From positions 51,570 through 115,569 of IMG/VR virus record IMGVR_UViG_3300011335_000809: a DNA stretch of 64,000 nt. One strand, written 5' to 3'. Position numbers and translations under genes: made by a program. Shown in pieces: positions 7,807-17,002 of the stretch. Within the stretch, counting starts at the first letter, position 1. Each line of letters opens with the position of its first letter. Below the pieces are notes generated by a model. That model was not told where the DNA came from. It saw only the letters and a program-made list of their open reading frames with translations, and made no database searches. Origin of the DNA: a virus.

Positions 7807-8652
7807 ATGAAGAATATAACACCCACAGATAAAATTGTCAACTTAAAAAGTAGAGATCCAATTGAACTTGAATGTTACGAATGTAAATCAACTTATCAAC
7901 ACGCAAAACATCGTTATTTATGTTATAAACTTAAAGGAAAATTATCAGGATGTTTTTGCACACAAAAGTGTGCTATGACATACAAAAGTAAATTAAAAAA
8001 TATAAATACTAACTGTGAATATTGTAAAAAAGATATTACTAAAAGTTTGAATCAATATAAAAAATCTAAATTGCATTTTTGCTCAACTTCTTGTTCCGCA
8101 ACACATTGGAATAAAATTCACCATCCTATTAGGATAACAAAATCAAAAAGAACGGTAAAACTACCTATATTATTAACTTGTACAAATTGTTTAAATCAAC
8201 ATTATAGAAAATATTATAAATCAAGTAAAAGTGGTACCAATTTTTGTACTAGATCTTGTCAATCAATTTATGCAAATAAGACTTGGAATAAGTCTTCTAG
8301 GTTTGGAATAAATAAAAGTCGTTGTGAAACTATATTAAAAAATATTATTTTAAATGAATTTCCAAATTTACAAATTATTGAAAATGATAGAACTACAATT
8401 AAAGGCGGATTAGAAATAGATTTACACATACCAAGCAAAAATGTTGCAATTGAATTAAATGGTCCCTGTCATTATATTCCTATATTTGGTACAAAAGAAC
8501 TAGAAAAAACACAAAATAAAGATTTATTAAAAATTGAATATTGTCAAAATAATAACATTAAACTTTTCGTAGTTAATGTGATGGGATTAAAAAATCAAAT
8601 ACAAACATTAACTGATGTATTTAATACTACACTAAAATCACATTTAGTGTGA
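7807..8652 (+). CDS. Zinc-ribbon repeat + Vsr/DUF559-like putative homing endonuclease
   Basis: CxxC..FCSxxC repeats; S..E, LEID..IP..NVAIELNG..HY, D..K motif; antisense to the tRNA array. Confidence 0.75.
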   Translation: MKNITPTDKIVNLKSRDPIELECYECKSTYQHAKHRYLCYKLKGKLSGCFCTQKCAMTYKSKLKNINTNCEYCKKDITKSLNQYKKSKLHFCSTSCSATHWNKIHHPIRITKSKRTVKLPILLTCTNCLNQHYRKYYKSSKSGTNFCTRSCQSIYANKTWNKSSRFGINKSRCETILKNIILNEFPNLQIIENDRTTIKGGLEIDLHIPSKNVAIELNGPCHYIPIFGTKELEKTQNKDLLKIEYCQNNNIKLFVVNVMGLKNQIQTLTDVFNTTLKSHLV

Positions 8653-8655
8653 AAG

Positions 8656-8727
8656 CCCTCCATACGAGACTCGCACTCGTTACTACATCGTGACAGGATG
8701 TTATGATAACTCATTCAACAATGGAAG
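8656..8727 (-). tRNA. tRNA-Asp(GUC)
   Basis: ACATC-CTGTCAC-GATGT, G73, no CCA. Confidence 0.85.
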
Positions 8728-8891
8728 AAAAATAAATTGGTGCTGTGCTCTCCACGCCGTCTCTGTGTTTTACCGAATGTACCGGTCGGCAGTCACTTAT
8801 GGGGTCAGTTACCCATTACTAAATTGGCAGTTAGTTTAATGTGTCTTTACAGAAAAGATTTAACTACTAACTGTTCAGTGTTAGCTGAAGA

Positions 8892-8969
8892 TGGTGGATG
8901 CGGTGGGATTTGAACCCACAACCTTTCGGGTAAGAGCCGAATACTCTGATCCAGTTGAGTTACACATCC
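8892..8969 (-). tRNA. tRNA-Lys(CUU)
   Basis: TTCGG-CTCTTAC-CCGAA, CCA. Confidence 0.93.
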
Positions 8970-9008
8970 ATAAAAAATTGTATCTAATATTGTCAACGAA
9001 CTATAATC

Positions 9009-9036
9009 ATCTTACCACACTTTATTCTTCCGTCAA
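9009..9036 (-). promoter_or_regulatory. Internal sigma70-type promoter in tRNA array 2
   Basis: TTGACG-N16-TAAGAT with TG. Confidence 0.6.
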
Positions 9037-9196
9037 CAACTTTCTTAAAAAATATTCTGAACAAATCAACTTTATTTGAGTGGTAGCTGCACCCACTCTC
9101 CGTATTCCCAAATTAACCGTCTGGCCACATTCAAGGGCTTTCACTTGGATAGTTGATACCGGAGTATAGTGTTGTCTTCACCTAGTTCAGAAAAAA

Positions 9197-9314
9197 TGGT
9201 GGGCTACGACTGGACTTTCACCAGTAAACGATACAACCTTTCACTCAGGAACATACCCTCCTTCGGTTATATCAGCGGAGTCATCGCCGTGTCTTATATT
9301 TCCACCACACGCCC
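9197..9314 (-). ncRNA. tRNA-like RNA with multi-branched anticodon domain
   Basis: GGGC../..GCCC+ACCA, D-like arm, T arm ACTGG-TGAAAGT-CCAGT. Confidence 0.6.
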
Positions 9315-9324
9315 ATAAAAAAAT

Positions 9325-9580
9325 CTTAATGTCGCTCACGTACTGCGACTCTCACGGCCTCATAATGCGATGTGCGGGTGGCCGTTGTGCATTCAAACAA
9401 ATCTACCTCGCCTACTTTTTACGATATTGAACTGATTTAGCGACTGTTGTACCTGTTCGGCCCTTCCACCGACTCACGTTTTTTATGGTTGCCCATCGCA
9501 TTGTTATACAACAGTTTTATTTTCAGCGTTTACGTATATCCTTAGTTATCTTGATATGTTTCGTATATACACCAATTAAG
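9325..9580 (-). ncRNA. ~255-nt structured RNA of unknown class
   Basis: Ends pair (CTTAAT/ATTAAG); long-range helix AATGCGATG/CATCGCATT; GC-rich, no ORF. Confidence 0.55.
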
Positions 9581-9585
9581 AAAAA

Positions 9586-9661
9586 TGGTCCCAGTTGTTG
9601 GTTCCGCCCCAACCTCTATTCGTCTTCAGCGAATCGCTTTCACTAGGTTAGCTTAACTGGG
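9586..9661 (-). tRNA. tRNA-Phe(GAA)
   Basis: ATTCG-CTGAAGA-CGAAT, CCA. Confidence 0.9.
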
Positions 9662-9675
9662 ATTATAAATTAAAT

Positions 9676-9753
9676 TGACAAGTCAAAGGAATCGAACCTT
9701 TTCGGCACAGCATCACTGCACCTTTACCACGCCCTGCGCACTAGCACCTGTCA
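9676..9753 (-). ncRNA. tRNA-like RNA without canonical anticodon loop
   Basis: GACAGGT/ACTTGTC stem, T arm AAAGG-TTCGATT-CCTTT, 7-bp arm with 5-nt loop. Confidence 0.55.
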
Positions 9754-9760
9754 AAATCAC

Positions 9761-9908
9761 GATGTATGGTTGGATTCGAACCAACGGCTACTTTTACAAC
9801 CATTAACATATAATTAATGGAATTTTTATTTATTACAACCTAACATAAGATTTTTACGGGCTTACCCCATAGTTAGGTACTCTGCTCTGCCAACTGAGCT
9901 ACATACAA
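9761..9908 (-). ncRNA. tRNA-like RNA with ~90-nt replacement of anticodon/variable arms
   Basis: Canonical TAGCTCAGTTGGCAGAGC D arm and GTTGG-TTCGAAT-CCAAC T arm; internal ACCTAAC/GTTAGGT and CCATTAA/TTAATGG stems. Confidence 0.7.
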
Positions 9909-9917
9909 TGTTTAAAA

Positions 9918-10003
9918 TGGTGGGGTATGTAGGTAATGCGCCTACCGAGCCTTTCAGCGCCAGATTTACAGTCTGGACCATCTCTTTAATGGTATAATAC
10001 CCC
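9918..10003 (-). tRNA. tRNA-Tyr(GUA)
   Basis: CCAGA-CTGTAAA-TCTGG, long variable arm, CCA. Confidence 0.93.
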
Positions 10004-10134
10004 GAAAAATTTAACGTCATATGTTTGTTTCACCATATGACGGTGACTGAGGTTCTTCTTTCACCGTTACGTTCTAGTTATCCTCACCTATGCACAGGTA
10101 GAACGGCATTAGTCACTTCAGAAGACTTATAAAA

Positions 10135-10210
10135 TGGCTCCAAGAGAGGGCAACGATCCCCCAACCTTTCGGGTAACAACCGAATGCTCTACCAATTGAG
10201 CTATCTTGGA
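10135..10210 (-). tRNA. tRNA-Asn(GUU)
   Basis: TTCGG-TTGTTAC-CCGAA, GCCA. Confidence 0.93.
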
Positions 10211-10239
10211 ATTAAAAATTAAAAATGTTTACTGGATTT

Positions 10240-10401
10240 CAACGAACGTTCCATCTACTAATCATAACCTCGTCAGATTATAACATTCAATGTCTATCAG
10301 TGTCAATACATTACTTACTACTTCAACTATTGATTCAGATTCGAACTGAATTACTCCCGCTTATTCGTGCGGTTGTTTTACCAATTAAACTACGTTCGTT
10401 G
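10240..10401 (-). ncRNA. tRNA-like RNA with ~85-nt insertion between T arm and 3' acceptor strand
   Basis: CAACGAACG pairs with distant CGTTCGTTG; D arm, 8-nt anticodon loop, TTCAG-TTCGAAT-CTGAA. Confidence 0.6.
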
Positions 10402-10426
10402 CCTTCACCTAATGTATTTGAAAAAA

Positions 10427-10501
10427 TGGCAAAGTGGGTGGGTAACGCTCCCACATAAAGCAGTTTTGGAGACTGCTGCATTTCTTGTCTGCCACCACCT
10501 T
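10427..10501 (-). tRNA. tRNA-Trp(CCA)
   Basis: GCAGT-CTCCAAA-ACTGC, GCCA. Confidence 0.9.
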
Positions 10502-10560
10502 GTTAAAATGGTATCTCCACCGTTAATATTTCAGTGGCCGTACCTGTTACTCTCTGTAAA

Positions 10561-11631
10561 TTACGAAATTAATGTTGTTGATTCAGATTTTTTCTTTGCT
10601 TCTCTAACAGAGACATAATTGATGGTATTTTCAATTGAAATACCCACTTGTTCCGAAAGACGCAATCCACGATAATATTTTGTAGGAATTCCAACATACT
10701 CACTCATAGCTATTTCTTTACGTGTATCCTTGATAAATTTCATATTTTGAATTGGATACAAATTGTTATATCCAATTGAAGTTAGAATTCCATTACCAAA
10801 TAAGTTCATATGATAATCCGTAATTACATTGTAATATTTAACTTCTTCCATCACTACACTCTTTTTTATCAAGATTATTTCTTCACCTTTTACATTAAAT
10901 GTAATAGTGCCAATCGGTGTATCACTTGTCATCGGATAAGTAAATTTACCAGCCTGTTTATTAAAAATACGATGTTGTACAATTGTCTTTAAATAAGAAC
11001 CATCACTAAATTCCAATAGATTGTATTTGGTTGTTACTTCTGGCTGCTTTATATACAAAGGTTTTGCCGTATCAAACTTCGCTTCGTCAAAATTCCACAC
11101 AATAATATCGTCGATATAATCAATGTCTTCAATTGCTTTGGTTGTACCATCTGACAATGATACCAAAGTGCCTTCTGCTAAACACACAGAAACATATATC
11201 GATATATCTGTACCATATGCTGTTCCATTAACATTTGTTGCAAATGCTCTAATATAGACTAGACCATTTGTTGGGCTTATGTTCTGATTGCTACACGAAA
11301 ATGATCCAATTGAAGCCGTAGGATCCACATAAGCGGAATCTGTTGGAAGTGTTGGGTTTGGAGAATTGCTTGCTACGAATCCTCTAGATAATATCGGTGA
11401 ATTTCCATCAGATACTACTGTTCCTACGGCGCTAAAGTCGTAAAAAGCGCCGCCACTAGCACTATCTGTGGTCACGACTGGCAGTAGCGCCTGTAACGCC
11501 GATTCTTCTTGTTGTGCACCACCTGCAATTTGTTCTTCATATCCTCGCATCATTTTGGAATAATTTTGCATTATTTCGTGTAAGGGTAACTTTTCTTTGT
11601 TCTGTTGATAATAAGTCTGCCAATGTATCAT
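10561..11631 (-). CDS. FN3-like domain + Hint (intein-like) domain protein
   Basis: CLAEGTLVSLSDG..KAIEDI block A; YYNVITDYHMNLFGNGILTS C-terminal block; YIRAFATN..GTAYG FN3-like motif. Confidence 0.8.
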   Translation of the reverse strand: MIHWQTYYQQNKEKLPLHEIMQNYSKMMRGYEEQIAGGAQQEESALQALLPVVTTDSASGGAFYDFSAVGTVVSDGNSPILSRGFVASNSPNPTLPTDSAYVDPTASIGSFSCSNQNISPTNGLVYIRAFATNVNGTAYGTDISIYVSVCLAEGTLVSLSDGTTKAIEDIDYIDDIIVWNFDEAKFDTAKPLYIKQPEVTTKYNLLEFSDGSYLKTIVQHRIFNKQAGKFTYPMTSDTPIGTITFNVKGEEIILIKKSVVMEEVKYYNVITDYHMNLFGNGILTSIGYNNLYPIQNMKFIKDTRKEIAMSEYVGIPTKYYRGLRLSEQVGISIENTINYVSVREAKKKSESTTLIS

Positions 11632-11661
11632 ACATATATATATCCACCAACAATACTAAAA

Positions 11662-11736
11662 TGGTAGCCTATGCCGGTGCTGCCCCGGCTACTCTTGGAT
11701 GAAAGCCAAGTGACTTAGCTGGTTGTCGAATAGGCC
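11662..11736 (-). tRNA. tRNA-Glu(UUC)
   Basis: CTTGG-CTTTCAT-CCAAG, CCA. Confidence 0.92.
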
Positions 11737-11743
11737 ATTAAAT

Positions 11744-11821
11744 TGGTGCTTCAGTGAGGATTCGAACCCCAAACTCAATGTCCGTAGCATTGCGTGATAT
11801 ATCCATTTTCACCACTGAAGC
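11744..11821 (-). tRNA. tRNA-Arg(ACG)
   Basis: CAATG-CTACGGA-CATTG, CCA. Confidence 0.93.
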
Positions 11822-11827
11822 ATAAAT

Positions 11828-11903
11828 TGGGGTGATATACGAGTGCTGCCCTCGTTCCGTGAGTTTCACAAACTCAAATGCTAACTGTTACACCAATATC
11901 ACC
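11828..11903 (-). tRNA. tRNA-His(GUG)
   Basis: TGAGT-TTGTGAA-ACTCA, G-1:C73, CCA. Confidence 0.92.
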
Positions 11904-11915
11904 ATTACTATAAAT

Positions 11916-11991
11916 TGGAGCCGAAGACAGGACTTGAACCTGCAACCTGAACTTTACAAAAGTCCTGCTCTGCCAATTGAGCTACTTCGGC
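11916..11991 (-). tRNA. tRNA-Thr(UGU)
   Basis: GGACT-TTTGTAA-AGTTC, CCA. Confidence 0.95.
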
Positions 11992-12045
11992 GGTCTAAAT
12001 TTTCTTTGCTTATTTACTTATAACAATAACCTCAGTTATGTTATT

Positions 12046-12187
12046 ATCGCCCTATAGGTTCTGTATTTCAGCATAACACCTACGGACCAATCAATTGATT
12101 TTCCCAGTTCTCACCTTATCATCGGTCTTTCCGACTCACTGGCGGAGGCTCAACAGATGGAGTTTCAAGCCCTTCCTTTATCTTCTA
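12046..12187 (-). ncRNA. Structured RNA at head of tRNA array 2 (homolog of 2011-2119)
   Basis: Same conserved core with an extra GAAA-tetraloop insertion; directly after TTGACA..TAGACT promoter. Confidence 0.7.
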
Positions 12188-12311
12188 TCAGTCTATCATA
12201 ACTTTCGTCATTGTCAACCGACTTTTAAAATTTCTTTTTCATCATCCAATGAACTACTACCTTCGTTCACTGTTTAACTACTTTACCACACCTTCAAAGA
12301 ACGTCAACCAC

Positions 12312-12348
12312 AAAAATAAAAAAACCGTCACTTTTTAGTGTGACGGTT
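12312..12348 (-). terminator. Intrinsic terminator of attenuator 2
   Basis: AACCGTCAC..GTGACGGTT hairpin + U tract. Confidence 0.88.
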
Positions 12349-12379
12349 GATATTGTTTTGAAGTTACCTAAGTTTGAGT

Positions 12380-12457
12380 CTATACAATATCACCGCCAAC
12401 ACATTCACAATTCGTAAATGTATCCCAACGTTTAATATGTGTATACTGTACTCTCAT
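12380..12457 (-). CDS. Leader peptide MRVQYTHIKRWDTFTNCECVGGDIV (putative attenuator of tRNA array 2)
   Basis: 25-codon ORF whose 3' end GGCGGTGATATTGT is complementary to ACAATATC(A)ACCGTC, which includes the terminator 5' arm. Confidence 0.8.
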   Translation of the reverse strand: MRVQYTHIKRWDTFTNCECVGGDIV

Positions 12458-12737
12458 TATATTAATATATATTATCAAATTTACTAAACGTCAAGAATTT
12501 TTATTGCTAAAATTCTTTATAACTTTATACAAACTATAAAAACAATATGTTGTTAATACTGTCAAAGCACTAACTCCTAGACTCATTCCTATAGTCACTA
12601 CCCACCCAATTATATTACGTTGTTCTTCACTCAATGTAAACATATCTCAGAATATATACTCGATCATTAATCATTAAACTTAATATATTAAATTAAAATT
12701 ATAACCACTTATTACATCAATTCTATCTATATTAGTT

Positions 12738-13406
12738 ATGCATAATTTTACAATAGATTACACAGACGGCCTCAAAATAGACAACAACTTTTATGACACA
12801 GAATTTGCCGCCGGAAAAGAATCTCACTATATGGTCAAAACTTATTTTTGTCACAAAAAAATAAAACGTAGCCTGCAAACACATCCAGATCAATTGGGCA
12901 TAACCGCAACAATCGAAGAACTAGAATCCACTTCAAACAAAACAATACTCACATCAAACAATTGCAATTTGGGATGTTGGCTTATACCAAGTTTCTCAAA
13001 ATTCTTTGTGCCATATCACATAGACATTTATTATAACAAAGAATTGTATCAATCAGATACACTCGACTGTAAATTCAAATTGGTCAACTTCACTCTTCAT
13101 CCAAAAGATGATCGTGAACTATACACATGGATGAATGTTATAGAAAATTTTAAAAAACAAATGCAATGCGACATATCCATAAAAAATGATACAGTCGCTT
13201 CTACCACAGAATTTGACCACATCGCAGATGTAAAATATAAAACCGATGATGTAAATAAACAATACTATCTGGGCCTACACATAGGCAGATTCTACCAACC
13301 CAATACCAATATGCCAGATATAAACTATCACCCAGATCAATTACATAACAAAAATTCGCTGGACATCATCAATGATATACTATACTACTACACTACCATA
13401 ATTTAA
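12738..13406 (+). CDS. hypothetical protein (glyco-modification cluster)
   Basis: 222-aa ORF co-oriented with GT-like and FkbM genes. Confidence 0.7.
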   Translation: MHNFTIDYTDGLKIDNNFYDTEFAAGKESHYMVKTYFCHKKIKRSLQTHPDQLGITATIEELESTSNKTILTSNNCNLGCWLIPSFSKFFVPYHIDIYYNKELYQSDTLDCKFKLVNFTLHPKDDRELYTWMNVIENFKKQMQCDISIKNDTVASTTEFDHIADVKYKTDDVNKQYYLGLHIGRFYQPNTNMPDINYHPDQLHNKNSLDIINDILYYYTTII

Positions 13407-13416
13407 AATATACCAT

Positions 13417-14097
13417 ATGCACAATACAGTATTAATGATACTATCAGTCAGAAATTCCAAAAGCTTCGAAGAATCAGTTAATAAACTACAGTGTGAAAAA
13501 ATTTGGTTCAAAGGATATAGAGAACACGAATTGTCCCCAATAGTAAACGATTTCGTACGAAATTCAAATTTCGAAAATTATTTTATCACACCAGATGACT
13601 TGATAATAAAACCTCACCAATTCGAAAAATTAAAATTATCATTAAATCACAATGACATAGTATCAGGATGGGGAGTGATACGCCAAAATTGTACACACAC
13701 CACTATCACCAAACCACACAACTTTTTACAAACAAATATATTCAAACACCAATTCACATCACACGGTTTCAAAAATCAACAATACAACTTTTCATACAAA
13801 ACTCACGAAATTAACTCGCTTCCAAACGAAATAGAAACCGCATTCACAGGATGGTTTTATACAGGTATGAAAAAACACATATGGACTCAATATCCATACG
13901 AATGCCTAAACCCTCCATTCGCAAGCTCAGACCTGATGTTTAGTAGACGAGTTTTATTCGATAACAAATATAAACAAATTTGCATCAAAAGCGCAAACGT
14001 TATACACCTGTCCAACTCAACCACAATGCCAACCGATAAATCATTCTTCGATATGTCTACATGCTTCTCAAATAAATCAATAACCAAAACCTTCTAA
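13417..14097 (+). CDS. Putative GT-A fold glycosyltransferase-like protein
   Basis: YFITPDDL DxD-like motif, FTG..SDL.FS..V.HL pattern. Confidence 0.55.
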   Translation: MHNTVLMILSVRNSKSFEESVNKLQCEKIWFKGYREHELSPIVNDFVRNSNFENYFITPDDLIIKPHQFEKLKLSLNHNDIVSGWGVIRQNCTHTTITKPHNFLQTNIFKHQFTSHGFKNQQYNFSYKTHEINSLPNEIETAFTGWFYTGMKKHIWTQYPYECLNPPFASSDLMFSRRVLFDNKYKQICIKSANVIHLSNSTTMPTDKSFFDMSTCFSNKSITKTF

Positions 14098-14110
14098 TTA
14101 ACACCACACG

Positions 14111-14773
14111 ATGATACCAAATACCATATCCACCTTTCTACAATCAAACCCAAACGCCACCATTCTGCAAATAGGCGGCAACGATGGCACTCAAGACGAT
14201 TTTATAAAACCTATAATATATCAATATCCCAATACCACCCTACACACACTGGAACCCATACCTCAATACTACAAGGAACTACTCAATACCTACAAAGATT
14301 ATAAAAATGTGCACTGCCACAACTACGCAATCACTAATACCTCAGGCACAGATTTTATAAACTATATTCCCTACAACCACTCTATGCCAACTTGGCTAAA
14401 AGGTTGCTCCAGCTTTTTCACCAACAAAAATATCATCGACCCATATTGGCAAAATATAGTAAATAACCACAATGTTAACAATTACCTAAAAAATAACATA
14501 ATCAAACTGCAAGTAAATACCCTAACCTTCAATCACTTTGTAACACAACACAATATTAATAACATAGACATTTTGGTAATAGACACAGAAGGATACGAAT
14601 GTGAAATACTAAAACAAATAAATCTATCACAATTTACACCACACATAATAATACTAGAATTTCATAACCACTCCGACCAAGACAAAAATACAATCACCAA
14701 TATCCTAAAATCAAATAACTACACTTACAACATCCTACCAATGGACATCGTCGCCACAAAAATAATACCATAA
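14111..14773 (+). CDS. FkbM-family methyltransferase
   Basis: LQIGGNDG, LEP, IDILVIDTEGYECEIL, IILEF motifs. Confidence 0.9.
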   Translation: MIPNTISTFLQSNPNATILQIGGNDGTQDDFIKPIIYQYPNTTLHTLEPIPQYYKELLNTYKDYKNVHCHNYAITNTSGTDFINYIPYNHSMPTWLKGCSSFFTNKNIIDPYWQNIVNNHNVNNYLKNNIIKLQVNTLTFNHFVTQHNINNIDILVIDTEGYECEILKQINLSQFTPHIIILEFHNHSDQDKNTITNILKSNNYTYNILPMDIVATKIIP

Positions 14774-15119
14774 AACATATACAACTTTCCCCATAAAAAA
14801 ATTACCACCATGGTTTTTTAACACCATTTCAAACATAAACCAAAACTATACCACCAAAAATACCCTTTATCCCCACTTTTATAAGCACATCAAACAAATG
14901 TACATATGTGCTTTTCCCAAGTAAAAAACCTCCCTGTGTGACATGCGTACCTCCGCGAGGGTACCGCGGGGCTGTTTTGTATGTTCAGAACCACTTCGGT
15001 AGGGTGCTGCATACCCCCTCCCCCCTATTATAACAAAAAGAGGTAGGGAGCTATACCCCCTACCCCGTCAAGTTAATAAATAGGCTAAATGTGACATAGC
15101 CCCCCTACTGGCTCCCCTA

Positions 15120-15647
15120 TTAGTGCCACTCAGTGAATGTGTTGGTTTTACCGTTCCACTTAAAGGCAGTACTGAAGCTGTTGATCTTGAGGCACACATT
15201 GTTGCCATCTTTGGTGTTATAGCTATTGATACGTTTGGTGTATCGTTTGGTACCTACCTTAGTAGGATCAGGCACACATTCGCCTTGCATATCACCAGTG
15301 TAGTTTCTGGTTTGACCGATAGGAGCAATGACTACTGATTTATTTAGTACTTCGATTACCTTGTAGTAATCCACATTGGTTTGACCGTAGCCCCAGCTAC
15401 ATACGAAGATTTCGCCGGCGTTAACAGTAGGCAACGGTTTATTGACTAGAGTGACATCGATAGCGTTGACAGCGATATTGCCGCTTATGTTGATTGTGCG
15501 ATCAACTGGAGTACAATAGAGGATGCCTGTACGAGTAGTTTTCCAGACTTTGAGTTCGGTGCCTACTGGTATGACAGTGATTCGATTGTAACTACCGAGT
15601 ACGATCTGAATGTTATTAACAACTGTATCGTTCTTTTTAATAGCCAT
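15120..15647 (-). CDS. hypothetical phage protein
   Basis: SWGYGQTNVDYYKV motif common in phage early proteins. Confidence 0.75.
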   Translation of the reverse strand: MAIKKNDTVVNNIQIVLGSYNRITVIPVGTELKVWKTTRTGILYCTPVDRTINISGNIAVNAIDVTLVNKPLPTVNAGEIFVCSWGYGQTNVDYYKVIEVLNKSVVIAPIGQTRNYTGDMQGECVPDPTKVGTKRYTKRINSYNTKDGNNVCLKINSFSTAFKWNGKTNTFTEWH

Positions 15648-15902
15648 AGTGTAGTAGATTATTATTGTTGATGTATTACCCAGACCAAATTACTGATAGT
15701 CCTCCATACAAGCACTTTCACAGCGGTCCTCGTAGGCACTATCTAAATAAGCATCTTCGTTGGGAGCCACTTCCCGATAATCGGGAGCATACAGATCGGA
15801 GGTTTCGTTTTGCGGATCGATCACGTAAGAGTCAGCGTTCATTGTTTAAATATCTTATACTACCCAGACCAAACCTCAAGCTTTTTCCTAAGCTTTTTTT
15901 GA

Positions 15903-16100
15903 TTACTCAGCTTGGTGAAGTCCCCAGTACTTGTCCTGACAGGGTTGACAAGTGGCAGCGATCTTATACTCTTTTGCACTAAGAGCGTCACGAAAGTATG
16001 TTGCTGATTTACCACATTCAACACATTGATTACCGGCTTGTGCTAGTATGACACTACGGCCAAATAGCTTCATACTGAGGTTTTCTTTGAATGATTCCAT
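15903..16100 (-). CDS. small zinc-finger protein
   Basis: CVECG...CQPCQD. Confidence 0.65.
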   Translation of the reverse strand: MESFKENLSMKLFGRSVILAQAGNQCVECGKSATYFRDALSAKEYKIAATCQPCQDKYWGLHQAE

Positions 16101-16304
16101 ACTAGTTACTTTACCACGGATTTTTCTGAAAGTCCTGACTTAAATTCAAAATAATCTTGATATACTTTATTTTGATCCGCATGATTTCTTGAACAGATAT
16201 TGCCTAGTTCCCATTTTACAATACCTTGTTCTGTAAAATACTTATCTATCAATACGGCAGCATCAATAATTTCTTTTGGAATATCATCCATACTACTCAT
16301 AATA

Positions 16305-16589
16305 TTACTTATTGGCTAAATATTGATCAAAGTCATCTACATTGATGTTGGTGATATTGATAGTGTATCCTTTATCAGTCATAGCTTTGTAGAAGGTGTA
16401 TAGATCACAATCTTCTTCCAGATAGAACTTATGACGTTTAAGTGGGGAATAAGTAGTAATATCATCCCAAACCCCAGCAATATCTCGTACATCTTTGATA
16501 GGCACTTCTAACCAACTATGACCAGGATCATAAATACGAGTGTAGTTGCGGACCATAGTATCATTGCTGTATCGTTCGGTGAGAGTCAT
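16305..16589 (-). CDS. conserved hypothetical protein
   Basis: DPGHSWLEVP..YLEEDCD motif. Confidence 0.7.
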   Translation of the reverse strand: MTLTERYSNDTMVRNYTRIYDPGHSWLEVPIKDVRDIAGVWDDITTYSPLKRHKFYLEEDCDLYTFYKAMTDKGYTINITNINVDDFDQYLANK

Positions 16590-16746
16590 ATTATTATTAT
16601 TTATTCGTTGTAATAGTCACCCGCTTCGTTTTGATTGTAGTCTTGAAAGTCATCTTCACCACTACCATTACCCGTATAACTGGATGCATCACCACTAACA
16701 CGATCTTCGTAAGCAATATCTTCTGGGTCAATCATATTATTATTGT

Positions 16747-16956
16747 TTAGAGAGTAATTTTGAATTTACCAATAGTATTACCGTTAGTATCCACTATCTT
16801 ATGACCTTTATTGTTATTACGTTCCAGCTGGTAATTGGGATACAACATATGTTCATAAGCATAATCCCCAACCTGTTGTAGAATACGATTCACTTCCCCG
16901 AATTGGTTGTCCTCGAAAGCGGCGGTATCAGTGTCGAACTCAATAGTGATTTTCAT
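16747..16956 (-). CDS. hypothetical protein, paralog of 17003-17191
   Basis: MKI.IEFDTD.AAFEDN...DTNGN.IG shared. Confidence 0.75.
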   Translation of the reverse strand: MKITIEFDTDTAAFEDNQFGEVNRILQQVGDYAYEHMLYPNYQLERNNNKGHKIVDTNGNTIGKFKITL

Positions 16957-17002
16957 CGTGTAAATAGAATACCAGAGTTTTAGAGAAAGTCAACAGCTTT
17001 TT

